64,000 nucleotides of DNA, taken from assembly GCA_904063045.1 (NCBI GenBank), contig CAJFCJ010000043.1, positions 107,501 through 171,500 on the forward strand, given 5' to 3'. Every line of letters begins with the position of its first letter. The first letter of the stretch is position 1. The DNA comes from Dimorphilus gyrociliatus. Taxonomy: Eukaryota; Animalia; Annelida. Shown one piece after another: positions 10,666 to 23,937 of the stretch. A model generated the notes under the pieces. That model was not told the origin of the DNA. It was given only the letters and a program-made list of their open reading frames with translations, and did not search any database. The position numbers and the translations under genes were made by a program.

Positions 10666-13600
10666 TCATATGTTATATGAATTCCAGAAAATTTGTTTGT
10701 CCTGAATAAAATTAGATGATAGTTTTCTTGATTTTTTAGGAAACTTAAAACTAGAAGAGAGGAAAACAAATATATTTAAATAATGATTGAAAATGTTAAT
10801 TCTTTTTTTTTATTTTACAATTCTGAAACCATTCATGTCTTGCATTTTTCAATAAATTCATCCTTTTCAAACAAAACAAAATATTTTACTTAATAAGTAG
10901 AATGAAGACATGTAATTGAACAATTAACCTCTTTCTAGCAGATTTGACCTTAACTTCTGTAATGGTATTTGTTATCTCTTGAAAAGACAAGATATAGGGA
11001 TTTATAATTGAACTTAGAGGTAAAATTGTAACCATTATCCATTCAAATTCATAAATTTCCACTGGAACTTTTGAAAATAGAATTAAAAATCCTAAATAAC
11101 AAATAATTAATCATTTTCTATAAAGTTTTTTTATATGTGTTTTTTTTGACACCTAAAAGAGAGACAGTTGTCCAAGTTAACATATGACTAACAGTGAAAA
11201 TAACAACATTCATGTTAACACTTCTTTGATTAGACAACTTTCGAAATTTTTTAAATGACCCCTTTATTATACTGATAAATTCACAAGTTAAATAAAACAT
11301 AAAGATGCTTAACAAAGGCAAAATGATGCAAAATATGATAAATTGATAAATAAAATATACAGTTGAATTTTCCAAGTTGAGTATTGAGAAACATTTTCTG
11401 TCATTTTCCTGACAAAAAAACTCTTGAATATAAACAAAAATGTACCAAAAAAGTATTAGAAACTAATTACTTTGTGAAAAAAAAATGCAATCATTGATAA
11501 AACCAGACAGAATATGAATGAAATTGCAATAAATATGCATTTAAATATCCAAGATTTATGCTTCTCCATTGGGTACTTTACCACTCTATTTCTTTCTACT
11601 GTTATGAATAGAATACCAGTAGAGGATAAGAGTAGGGAAGAGAAGAGTGTGATTTGCAAAACTTGACAGAAAACACTTTTGACCCAGGTGATATCATTTT
11701 CTAAGTATGAATTTCCATAATAGAGGTCAACAATGGAGATTGATATCATATAGAAAGATATGCACAAGTCAGAAAAACTTAGTAGTTGTTTAAAATGTTT
11801 GGAGGAACTTTTTGCCCTTAAAAGTAAAATTGTTGAAAGAATATTCCCTAAACAACCAAACACTCCATTAAGCCAATAAAAAACTATTTTACTTTTTGAA
11901 TGAATAAGCCTTGTACATTGTGGATAGTTGAGTAGTTTGCCTGCTGAACAATTGACATTTTTACCAAGGTATTTTATAGAAAGACAGCAAATTTTTGAAT
12001 TGCTTGTATAGATTTTAGGCACTTTAACCATATCTATAAAAACTCTTGCAATTTCAAAATGAGAGATAATTGTATAAGGAATAATTAATTTTTTTATTTC
12101 AAGTAAATAGGTAAAACTTCCATCTTCTATTGAGTGAATAAAACAACCTTTTATAATGAATATTTGTAATTGTCTTATCAGATTAAGGTGTAATTTTGAT
12201 AGTATTGTTATATTTGTATATGATATATCCAAATAATTCAAATGGCTACATTTTAAATGATATAGAAATGATAAAGATTGAATTGGATTATAGGAAATTA
12301 TCAATTTTTGAAGTAGTTTTAATTTTTTTCTTAGAATTATATTATCATTTTCACCTACTAATCCATTTTCAGTTAATGACAAACTTACTACATTTGGAAT
12401 AGTAATATTCAAATTTTTAGTCAGGAATCTGTTACTTTTTCTGATAATTAAGATTGTTAAATGAGTAAAAGTTGTATGAAAAAGTTTGTTTTTTTTGGCA
12501 AATTCCCAGTAATATTTAATTTTCTTATACTTTCTATATGTTTAAATTTTAAACTGTTATTGTTTGGCTGTTGTTTCTCAACTATTACATTATCCACAAA
12601 TGCTTTGAAGTGACAATTGAATGAAAATGTGGAAATTTCAATACAACCAGGAAAATTTATTATTGGAATTTTACATAAAAGCTCATCACTTCCATCAAGA
12701 CATTCAACAATTCCATTGCATATTTGATACATAGTCAAAAAACGTCTTTGACTTGAACACATAAAAAATCCTTTGGGTAAAAATTTCCTAAAAGTAAATG
12801 TAATTAGATCTATATAATATGTTGCTCTTTTTTCTTTTCTGTTTACCACAATCAACTTCATCATCACCTTGAGGACATTGGTTAAATCCATCACAAATAA
12901 GATCAAGAGAAATGCAATAAGCTTCTCTATAGCAAAGGTATTGGCCATAAGAACAAGATTTTTTAGAACAGGATTCTGAGAAATTTGGCTTTAATTCACT
13001 TAATACATATCCTAAGGATTATGTTGTAACAAAACATTTTGCTATTTTCCTATAAGGTGTATTTGACAATAATTTATTGCATTGCAGAATTTCATATTGA
13101 AAATTTATATAAGGAACACAAAATGCAAAGCATTCTTTTTGAATATCATTTCGACAGGCTAAATCTTAAATGAAAAAAAAGGCATTGTAAAAAATTCATT
13201 TCTAATTTTTTTTTAAAACCATATTTATATTCTTTTAAAATTGAATTTGAGTTAAAGCATAACTCATCACTTTTATCAAAACAGTCAACTTCATTATTGC
13301 AAACTTTGTCTTTATTAATGCATTGTCCATTTTTGCATTGTCTAAAAGAGATAAATTATCAGATACCATTCAATAAGTAATTAAATCACTGTACACTTCA
13401 TTTTCAGAACATTTGGGGAAAGCTGAGAAAGAATTTTTTCTATGGATTATAAGCCTTAGATTATAGGAAGAGAACAGAGAGACAGAGAGAGAGAGACAAA
13501 AATTCTTTGTTGGTTTCATCACATAATACTTGAAAGGTGAGATCATTCTTCACTTTTAATCTAACTAACACACCCACATCTTACTATGAGATGAAACAAC

Positions 13601-16600
13601 TAAAAGACTGAAATCTTCTTAAACAGTCTGTCAGGGAATATGACTATCAACAAACCACAATATTCTTCATCTGAACCATCAGGACAATCTATCCAAAAGT
13701 TACAAACACTTAAATAACTAATAAATTTGTTTCCTGAATGGCATTTGAATATGTGTGTTAATTCAGTATGGCAATATTTTGAATATTCCTTATTTGTTCT
13801 ACAATCAATGAGATTTTTGCACAAATGAATCTTATTCAAGAAAATATTAAAGTTTTCACATTTTACAAAATTTTCAGGAAATTTTACATTCTCATTGTGT
13901 ATAAATAATCTTTCTTGAAGTGTCTGTATGGCTGAAATCAATTAAAGAGTTTCATTTGCCCAAAAATTAAGAGCTAAACATGCTTTTACTTACTTAAAAT
14001 TTTTTGACAAGCAAACATTTTGAGAAGAGAAGTTTTACAAGATCTTTTCAGGGAGATTTTAACATTATCTTGTGTAACCTTCTGTAAAGTCTCAAAACAT
14101 TCTTATTGATATTTTCTAGATTTAATTCTAATTACCAAGAAATAGCACTGATCTTCTACACTGTAAGATATTTTCTTGCCAATAAACTGATATTCTCTCA
14201 ATTGTAATAACTAGATACAGATAGACGTAAGTGTCAACATGTGAAGGAAAAGTTATAACCTCTGATTCCAGATAGTGGTTTATAACTGGCAAATTTAAAT
14301 CAAAATTTGTAGATGTTGTAAAAGTTCTTGAATTTACTCTAATATTCTCTTTAGAGTTGACTTCTGTAGGTAAAAAAACACTAATGTCTTTTTGAATTTT
14401 TTTCAATGCGGTGACTGTTGAAAACACTCTTTTATAGATTCTCTGTGCTCTCAAAAGCCTCCCATATATTATCTGACATACTCATGAAATGTCTATACAT
14501 TTTAGAGTCAAGTACTTTTGACAAATATGCATTATATGCAATATCAAGCATGTGTAAAACAAAATACTTTTGATAGCTTTGATAATCAGGTGATGTCATA
14601 TTTCTTTTATAGCAAAATTTATCAATTTCCAAAATATCCATTGCATGTTTTGGCCTGAAAATGGTGTAGCAAGTATCCAAGATAATTACTGTATTTTTGC
14701 CATAACATTTTTCACTTGAACGATTTGAACATTCAATTCTTAAAGCCTTTGATGAATATCTATAATTTTTATTAAATGTGTAAATGCTCTTAAAATATTT
14801 CAGAATTTTTCTATATCTTTGTAAAATGCTAATAATTTCCAAACTAAAACAATTTGTTCAACAAACTCAAAGTAAAATGAAAAGTTTAATTGTAATGCTG
14901 TCCCAATTTAACATTATATCCCAATAATGTATGCCTATTGCAAAACACCACAGCTAAGAGTTTGACTAATGCAGATGATGCAACAACCCCCCTCTATTTC
15001 ATCTGTAGAAATAAGGTTACTGCATGTATCCACTCTTTACTTTCCTCTCTGGTGTACTATATGAAATCAATGAAGCAGAAATTTTATGAAACTTTAATTT
15101 GCAGTCAATCTCTGATTAAAGAATAATCATTCAAATAGGTTCATAGATTTCTGGATACTCTAGACTACTCTAGAGTTCATATGTTTAACAATATACACAT
15201 CTAGTTCGTTACTGTGCACTAAATGCTACACTCACCAACATTCACACACATTTGGTAGCATAAGCTCAAATTGTTACATTTTCATTAACTGATGAAATAC
15301 TATATTATAATAGTATCGAGCAGTGCTCTGCATATGCAACATATACCTAATACTATTCTTTTAACTACTTCTAAAGTTAGTAAAATACACTTTTACAACT
15401 TAACTTGAATATTCACATTAAGGAATATACACATAACATTTATTTATCATTAGTTGTATGTTACACTAATTGACATATGTTTGGAAATTGTAGATTATTG
15501 AAGAGTTTGTATGCACAATACTATTTTAAATAACCAAATGCATGGTTTTTAACCAGTTAACTATTTTACACTAATATATCTTATTTTTCACAAACAAATG
15601 TTAATAATAATTTGTGGTACATAAGAGCATTATTCTGACCTTTGTCTATTTTTGTGTGTTGGACACCATCCAAGTTCTACTAAAAATTGTTACATCTTGT
15701 GCAATTTTTGATCTACTCAAAATATGGAACAACAACTCTCCAGAATAGAAAAAACATAGCAATTAAGTAAGCATATTTGGACTTTTCCTTTATCTTAAAT
15801 GTTACTTTTGTTTGTCTGTATATTTGTGATCTGAACTGTCAACTATTGGAAAGGTATATAAACCCTGCAAATTTAACAGTGGACAGTTCAGTCTTATAAC
15901 TGTCAGCTTGTTGCTTAAACCAGCTTGTTTAGAACTAGAAACTTATTTACTCAATAAATATTCTTCAAATGAAATACTAATGTCTTATTGATTAAATTTT
16001 TGCAAAATTTCATTTTTTGAGACTATCTTTGGACAAACTTGAATGGTTCTATTTGTTTAACTACTATGGTAAATTGGTAAATGATTGGAAAGGACAAAAT
16101 TGATCCTTATGACCTAGAAGTTCCTACAATTACAATACAACAAAGTACAAACAGACAGTCTGAATAACAGGCTTACTCAATCAGACAGATAAATTATGAA
16201 ATTATTTAATAGCCAATGTGCACTAAGAAACTATAGAATAATAATTGTTGTGTATTTATAAGCATTTAAACAAGTAATCAGCTGTTCAAGACACAGTGAA
16301 TGAGAAAAGTACAGCCATGCTATAAGAGCTAATAAACAGTACTCCAGCTCAGTAAATCTGTGCTTTGTTAACTATGGCATTTTGATTAAAACATGTCAAA
16401 AAAGCTTGTATTGCATTGTATTGCATTGAAGTTTTTTAACTACTAACTGTAGCTGGCATTCTCTGTCATAATAGAAGTAATAGTTTTTTACCTAATATAG
16501 TTTCTCTTTCCGACTTGGCAAAGTGTAAAGCTTGTTGAATTTTTTGGACAATGGAATGTTTCAAAATAATATTTTTTGGAAACTCTGAAGCTTGAATAAC

Positions 16601-19600
16601 TGTTAATAAAGTAGTTGGAATAAACAATTGTCCCATAGTTCAAGCCAAAAAATGAACAGATCTTGATAACATCCTCATAAAGCAGAAAATGAAAATAGAA
16701 CCAAAGTCTATTTATTAATATTTGAAAATATCCAGAAAATTTTAAAAAATTGTGTTGAAATTGTTCTACAGGATACAAAAAAATGTTTTCCTCTGAAAAT
16801 AGTCTAAGTGCTTTAAGAAATTTAATGAATTTTAATATAGTGTAAAAAATGTCAAACAAATTTATACTGTGGTTTTTTAATGGTAAAATACACTTTGGTG
16901 ATAGGCTATATATTGAACTATGTGTCTGGATTCCACATATTTCACTTTCATGATCACTCAAAAAACATACTGAAAATGATAGAATCTTCATTTTGGCAAC
17001 AGGAGTTGAGCAGATTTGTTCATGATATTCCAATGAAATCTGTTTACAAATATATTCACAGATAGCATTGTTCTGCTGCTGATCAACAATAGGAAATAGG
17101 GAGCCATAAGTTTTTGATTCAAAAAAGATTTCACTGTGAATATTTTCTTCCAAATTCAACTCATAGGAGAGATTTCTCCCCTTTTCCAGGAATTTTACTT
17201 GAAGATCTAAATAAAAAAACAAGAGGGGGAAATATTTAATATTTTTTGGTGTAAAGTTGTCTTCAGAAAGGTAAACCTTGAATTTCTAAATATGAACAGT
17301 AAATTTCATTGAAGGAAGCATAATTGTTATTTTGTGAAGTGTTGAAAAAAACTCTCCTAAAAGTTTTTAGTAACTTGTATGAATTTGGTAAGGAGAATTG
17401 GCATCTTGGGCAGAGACTTTTATTCTTTTCAGAATTTCCATAAATTTCAAATATTGAACCATTTTCTTTCAAGTACAATTTGTGTTTGTTCAATAGGTTG
17501 TCATGGGAAAATATATCTGTATAATTTGTAATAGACAAACATTTATAAATTTTTTCTGATTAGTTAGTCAGGATACAACAGAAACTTGTCTAAAAGACAA
17601 TTCTTTCTGTTGATACTAAAAATAATAAGCTGTACAAACAAGAGGAATTTTTGTGAAAGCACTTAAGTAGAATACCCTCAGTACTATTTAAATTTCTTCC
17701 TACTCTTGAAAAAACATAAACTCAAAAAATGAATGGATTGTTTTATCAAGTTTTGAAGAATATAAATCTTACATTAATTGTAAAGTATAACTTTGAAAAG
17801 TTGCTGCTAAACTTTCAAATTGTATAGCAATATATTTTGAAAGAGAATGAATGTAATCAAATCCCATGATTCCACATATCTTATTACTCAGCCATTGGGG
17901 AATAACAGAAAATTCTAATGACCGAATAAATCTTTCATTATCCATTTGAATTTGAAGAATACCAGTAGAAAATTCTCTTGTTTTATTTATAGTACTAAGC
18001 TTAAATTTTACATTTTGAATATTGTAGAATCTTTTGGTAGCTGAATGAATAAGAAAAAGGGCATGAAGCAATTCAAAGCATTTTCAATTTTCTTTCTCTT
18101 ACTATTTTTCACATTTGGCATACAATTTGTATCAATAATTTGTGCAGACTTGTGTGACATTGTATTGTTATAATAGCAATCAACAATGCTGTATAGCACT
18201 CTACGACAGCCAGCAATTATTGGTTGGCTCTGAAAACAGATAGATAGATAGTTAGATATGTTTGAATTTGAAACTTGAGTATTAGCTATTTTTACCATAT
18301 AGGTTAGAGAACTTTTACAAAATTTAACTCCAACAGTGTTAAACAATGTTAGACATATAAATAGGCAGGCATCTTCTTTTTTCACTTTTGTATCAAAGAG
18401 TAAATTGTGCTTTGCAAAGGACTTTGTTTCATATGAGAAATGATGAATATTGTGCCTAACATTTGATTGAAATATCTCCATATCTATGATTACAGATAAA
18501 GATAAAAGAAATTGTAAGATTATTATCCTGTGAAAAGACAAACCACTCAATTCTTCATATGAGCAAGTCATTGTATTCATATTCAAGGATTTTGAAATCT
18601 TTTCTATTGTACCATTCTTATTAAGGAATATAATGAATTTTTTATCAGTAAAAAGTTTATTGAAAGAACTCTTAAATTGATGGAAGGAGAAAAGAGTTTG
18701 TTTACATAATCTTTTCCTTGTCTCATTGTCACCATTTCCTAATTCATAGATAATATTATTCAATTTAAGATTTAGGTTATAGGTTCTGATTTCGCTTTTA
18801 ACTCCAAATACATCTATTTTTGATAAAGAAGAAAAAAGTATAGCAATCTAATCAAAAGATTATATGTGACAGTGTGAGTGGAGTAAACAGAAAATGTCCT
18901 CAAATGACTTTTTTCAGGGTTAAAATTTGGATTGGAATATGATTAGAGTGAATAAGACAGCTATTGATCTGTACTTAAGGGGGGAGGGGGTACCATCTAA
19001 GGGTAAGGAGTAATGAACATGGTTAGGAAGTGACCAGGGCTGGGTTAGGGTCAGGGTAAAATCATACATTTGAGGACATTTTCTGTGTGAGTTTGTGTTC
19101 ATGCATGTGTATGTGTGGAAGTGATTGAATTGGTGTCAGGAGAAAATCTCCCCTCAACTAAAGATATTAATTGAAATATTTATGAAAGTGAATAGTATTA
19201 TTAAATTAATTTTGAAAATAATTTTGAAAAATTGTTTTAAAAATAAAGAAAATAGTGGATGAAAATGACTGAAATGTATTGAGGAAGGCAAACAAATTAG
19301 ATACCAGTTTGGAAATTATTTTCACTAACCTGATTCCAACATCATCCTCAGCTGAATTTATATATAATACTATTCATTTTAATAAACTTTTTATTAATAT
19401 GTTAGGTTTTCTGGGGAGATTTTCTCCATAGTTTGATTAGATTTACCAACATGTAATGTTCTTCTTGAAACATTTTACTTCTGTTTTAAAGCAACCTATA
19501 TGGGCTGACTTTTTGAATTTCAACTTCTTTTTATTTATATAAAATGTAAAACATTTAAAATTGCTCATGAATTCTCCAACTCTTGTAAAGGTGTGAAAGC

Positions 19601-19802
19601 TATCATAGCCAAGTATATCACACAAACCTATTTTTGAATATTCAATATAGGCTTCATGACGAATAATAGTATTATTGTAAGTTAAATATCCTTTAACATA
19701 GCTATTGGATTCAAACTCAATTTTGATCTTAATGGATATTATCAATATCAACGTGGAAAGAATTATTATTACTCCAATTAATCTCCTTTCACAATTAACC
19801 AT
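10666..19802 (-). CDS. Giant GRL101/LGR-type GPCR: signal peptide, multiple SRCR-like repeats, CTL-like, LDLa repeats, LRR, 7TM; carries lesions (possible pseudogene)
   Basis: Phase-consistent introns include 19450-18814, 18102-18041, 17276-17207, 16491-14844, 14481-14415, 11470-11409 and 11152-11092. Motifs: ICGIMGFD/ICSFFGLNYG (SRCR-like), TCYTIF..FC..NM...FACQK (CTL-like), CNFWIDCPDGSDEEYC and CDGFNQCPQGDDEVDC (LDLa), KICC hinge, LSFSDLC, ITVERN, ILPLSSIINPYI (TM7). In-frame TAA at 13019-13021 and a frameshift at the run 12489-12496. The exon 1 donor and the last exons are less certain. Confidence 0.75.
15190..16150 (+). repeat. Family X copy inside GPCR intron; 5' segment inverted relative to the 9383 copy
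   Basis: 15295-16105 is a direct repeat of 9505-10290, and 15195-15315 is the reverse complement of 9361-9470. Confidence 0.8.
18880..19090. mobile_element. Mutator-type MITE related to element B termini, in GPCR intron 1
   Basis: ACAGAAAATGTCCTCAAATG (18887-18906) is inverted at 19067-19086. The core CAGAAAATGTCC is shared with the TIR at 58281. The internal TTAGGG-rich sequence recurs at 27120-27250 and 61520-61640. Confidence 0.65.
19132..19434. mobile_element. Second Mutator-type MITE (~300 bp)
   Basis: Perfect 15-bp inverted repeat GGAGAAAATCTCCCC at 19139-19153 / 19413-19427. Flanks gattgaatt / gattagatt look like a decayed 9-bp TSD. Confidence 0.6.
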
Positions 19803-20499
19803 ATTTTTCAAGTTATTCGAAAATGTTTAAATTACCCAGTTAAAGGCATTCCCTTTATTTCTCAGTTTAATTTAAATACTTTGTTCAATAAGTAAACTTT
19901 TAATAAGATATATTTTCTTGTATTTCTTTAATAAGAAATGTTTTCTTGTATTTCTTTAATAAAAAATATTATCTCATATTTCTTTAATAAGAGTTACAGT
20001 TTTTTAATTTAATTTTGATAAAATCAAAATTACGATAAAATAGTTTTTAAACTAAGTTACCACATTTCAAGAGAGCTAAGTTAAAACTTAGGTTAGTTTA
20101 GGCTCCAAAAATAAATTTTCAATAAAATTAGTTGAAAACTTTTTTTTGGAGAATTCTTTTGTTAAAAAAAAATAACTTTTCTCTGACTGCTATCTAAGTG
20201 TTAACTTGGGTCTCTTGAATTTTTTTTTTTGTATTTGATTTCCTATTTATATAATACCTGGGACTCTTCAGAGTCAGTTACTGAAATGTGTTAAAGAGGT
20301 TTGAGAAACTTGTAAAGACAAGTATACTCTCTGAATATTTATTATTATTTTATAATATCATGGTATGCTTTGATATAGATTTTTGTACTAAAAAGAAAAA
20401 ATTGTTCTACCAAACTTATGTTTGATAAAACAATCTTCCAAGTATTCCAAGTTGGTAGTTATTTTATCCTGACTTGGGTGCCCATAAGCCTTAGGTCTT

Positions 20500-21390
20500 C
20501 GGGTTAGGGTTAGCTTATGTATTGTTGTAAATTCTTCAACCACAGTTGTTCTAGCCATTTGTAGTTTGGTCCTTTGTTTTCATTGTACACCAGGAGATTG
20601 CCTTTTTTAATAAGCTTCTATCCATTTAAAGTTGTCTTTGATAATAACATTATTCTACATTGTATCTCACTTAACATAAGTGTTTGTTTCTCAACTCTAT
20701 GTTTCTTTGCTCCAAAGAAGTAGTGAGTGCCAAAGTTGATTCTTCTCTTTACCAAACACTTAAACACTTATATTGCTAATTTATCAGCTTTAATTTCATA
20801 GATATTTGCCATTATTTTAGTCATTTGTTTTGTTTCAAATGTGCAAACTGGTTCATTAGCCAAATCAAATGATTGGTATACCTGTTGTCCTTGACAGAAT
20901 TGTACTGAAGGAAGCATTCTGACAGTGATGTTTGCTTTCGTTATTGATACATTTCCATTTTGTTCTTTATAGAAATTTATCTCAACAGGTTTATTTTTTA
21001 ATTTCATAACCTGTAATCTGTTTTCATTTCTGTCTTCATCATCATCATCTAAATTGTCATCCAGACAATCATCTAATTCTTCTAGGTCTTCATTGTCAAT
21101 GTCAAAGCATTTAAGCATATCTTTTCTCTCAGCTAATTTGGGAGCTGTATTGCCATTCTGTTTTTCTCCATTTACTCTGTCTCTGAGTAAATTTCTAAAA
21201 TCAATTACTTTATCAGTCTCTCCATTTCTTGATACCCAATCTGCTCAGTTAGATTATTTCAAAATCCACATCTATAAGGGCCATAACCCATTTTATAGTA
21301 CTTGAATTTAGTTTGCTTTTTACATAAGTTTGTACTAGATTTTGATGATCAGTGTAGAGAAAAAATTTCGGTATTTCTGTACCCATACTG
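20500..21390 (-). mobile_element. Ty3/gypsy pol relic (RNase H end through decayed integrase)
   Basis: FFLYTDHQNL...KLNSSTIKWVMALIDVDFEII then ADWVSR matches the gypsy RNase H C-terminal pattern (TDH..L...RW..L.E+DFEI...AD.LSR). A QTTNG..RIYNNT-like integrase remnant lies near 20550. Confidence 0.7.
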
Positions 21391-21396
21391 AGTGAA

Positions 21397-23500
21397 GGGT
21401 AAAGGACAGTTGACCCCTGGACAGTTGACCCCCATCCAGACAGTTGACCCCCGGACAGTTGACCCCCTTCCAGAAAGAATTTGGAAATTTCTCTTAATAC
21501 ATCATCAGCTGTTTTATTGGCATTTGCAAATTCTTCCCAAACTAAACATATTTTACCTTGCAATTCCATGTATTTCACTTTCTGTATCCTACATATCTTT
21601 TTCTCTGACAACAACCTTTGATTCATGATTTAACTTCAAAATTAAATTGTAAAAATTAATGCTTTGTCCACAGTGACTGTTTAGTCTATGATGCCAGGAT
21701 TCTACATCAATGTTGGTTCTGATGGTCACTTGGTAGATTGACCAATTATTTATTTTCCAAATATTATTTCTAATAAAAATTCTTTCAAAATAATCCAAAA
21801 AATCCAGAAATAAATTTTTCTCAACAAGTTCTCCTTTAATAGTTTTGAATTGTCTTTTAATGATGTTAGCAGGTAAGAATGGTAAAGACATTATTTTTCA
21901 AAGCATTTCACCTCCATAATTTTTTTCTTTATAATCTTTTACATATCCAAGATGCTTCAATAAATAAAAAACTTTTGTAATTCTCAAATGACTATTTATA
22001 CAATGAATACTTGTATTTTCTCAAAAACTGCATTTTTAAAATGATAAACACATCCTTGAATTGTTGTTGTTGGAAACATTTCTTCAATGGCCTTCCATAA
22101 GGCTGCCTCAAAGTCAACTACTATTTTTTTTGATTGATGACCATCTAAAACATCAGCTAACACCTGATATATATGTAGTGTAATTCATGAAAATGTGATA
22201 TATATATATTTACCTTGAAAACAGCTTTATAAGATTTTTTCTTTCTTTGGCTCATAAAAGCATAAACTAGAGGAACTTGCTTATAATTTCCATTTTTCTT
22301 TATGAAAGCATGAACTGTGAAAAGCTGTTGAAATGGTTCTGAAATCACTTTGAAGGTTCCATCCATAAATTATATTTTTGCTTGTTTCAACAATTCGATT
22401 TGATGATTATTACCAAAAATGATATATCTTGCATCATCCTTTTTAATATCCTTTATTAAAAAATTTTCAGGAACAAAATCATTGTTCAAAGTAAATGAAA
22501 GATCAGCTGGATTGCTAGGTCTCAATTTTCCTTTGTATCTGTCTGCTGTTCTTCTCATGCTTTCAATAAGTGGAAGTTTCTTACTTTGATGTAAACATTT
22601 CAAAAGAGTAATCTCTGCAATTTTTTTTCCTGAGTTATTGAAATTTTGTTGAATCTCTGCTTTTACAACTTTTCTCATTTGTGCTTCAACTTCATTGGCA
22701 CTTGTTTTTGGATGTGAATGTTGCCCTTTTTCTAAAAAATGTGATCCTTTTTGTAGAACAATGGCTGGACCCTAACCCTGGACTTTCCTGTTCTTTTACT
22801 ACAGCACCAAGTTGTTTGTCTGTCAGATTTCTTCTTCACTGCAAAAGTAAAGCCATTTTTTGTCAATAGATCTTTGCCTCTTCTTGATCCTTCTTTGATA
22901 ATTTCAAAGCCTTGCTTTTCTGACTGTTTTGTTGATTGACTGGGTGTCACCTCAAAAGAACTTTCATCAGAAACATTGATAGAATTTGTGAGATTCTTTG
23001 GCTCATATTTGTCATCAGATGATTCTTCAGCATCTATCGAACTTTCATGTGAAAAATCAAATGAAAGCTCAAGCTAAAGGTTAAATTTCAAATTTTAAAC
23101 AATAATAAATTAAATGTCATTCTGAAACACTAACCTCTTGATTATCAAATTGTTGTTTATTTGAACAGGTGTCAGTTGAATTTTCAATTTCAGAGGATTC
23201 TATATCAGTTATTTCATTTTGTTCAAAGTCCATTGGAGTTCTTATTTGAAGTTCATTACCATTTTCCAGTTCATTGCCATTTGCCAGTTCATTGCTATTT
23301 TCCAGTTCATTGCCATTTTCCAGTTCATTACCATTTTCTAGCTTCTTTTTATTTTTCAATTCAGATTGAACTTGTATCTTTTCTACTACAAGCTGATTGG
23401 CATTTTGTACCATAAAGTGCTTGGACATTTGAGCTAACTGAATCTGGCATGTTGTTGTTTTTATGTTTTTGCAAATATTGCAATAGTGTTGGCCTTTATT
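21397..23500 (-). mobile_element. FLYWCH-MULE (Phantom-like Mutator) element D, defective, only one terminus visible
   Basis: Terminus GGGTAAAGGACAGTTGACCCC with four subterminal GACAGTTGACCCC repeats (21404-21466). Motifs: WCCS..CPA...H.H (FLYWCH), MDGTFK, VVDFEAALW, QGCVYHF, RTNIDVESWH. Nonsense codon at KI*FMDG and a frameshift near 22770. An 18-bp tandem ENGNEL repeat lies at ~23236-23335. Confidence 0.9.
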
Positions 23501-23937
23501 TTAGAAACTGAGTTATATGAATTAGTGGATACAATAATACAGACCTTTGAGGCAGTCCTCATGAAAAACATGTTTACATAAACAATATGTCTTATTCATT
23601 TGGTTTGAAAAAATCATTTGTTTGCAGTATAAGCATTTGGAAGCCATTTGTTGGATAGAAATGTATCAAAATTCCCTTTTAATTTTTTAAATGAAGAATA
23701 TATCTATGCTGATTATGTAGACAAACAAAAAACATGAAAAAATTCAATATTTACCAACAATTTTAACAAAATGTTGTCAAAATCAGTATTATAACATTTT
23801 ACATTTATATATAATATACAATATAATATTAACAATTTAATTAATCACAAAAAATCAATGATAAATACTAAAGTGACTTACCTCAAATTGAGTGATATTT
23901 AAAAAGGAAGTAAATTTTACTGCCTTCTTCTCTGAAG

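Noticed and set aside
10515-10769. C-terminal pseudo-kinase tail on the GPCR
   Set aside because: The resemblance (ILHSISSIHRHNF) is weak, and the best phase-consistent splice path reads this exon in another frame and stops at ~10666.
16488-18763. Viral or Polinton-like cluster of orphan ORFs
   Set aside because: The ORFs are joined by canonical in-phase 60-70-nt introns into the GPCR ectodomain, and I saw no viral hallmark motifs.
21404-21466. CRISPR-like or iteron-like short repeats (also 55770-55830, 58290-58410, 61380-61450, 62345-62450)
   Set aside because: They have no unique spacers of constant length and no cas genes nearby, the context is eukaryotic, and they are subterminal repeats of Mutator elements.
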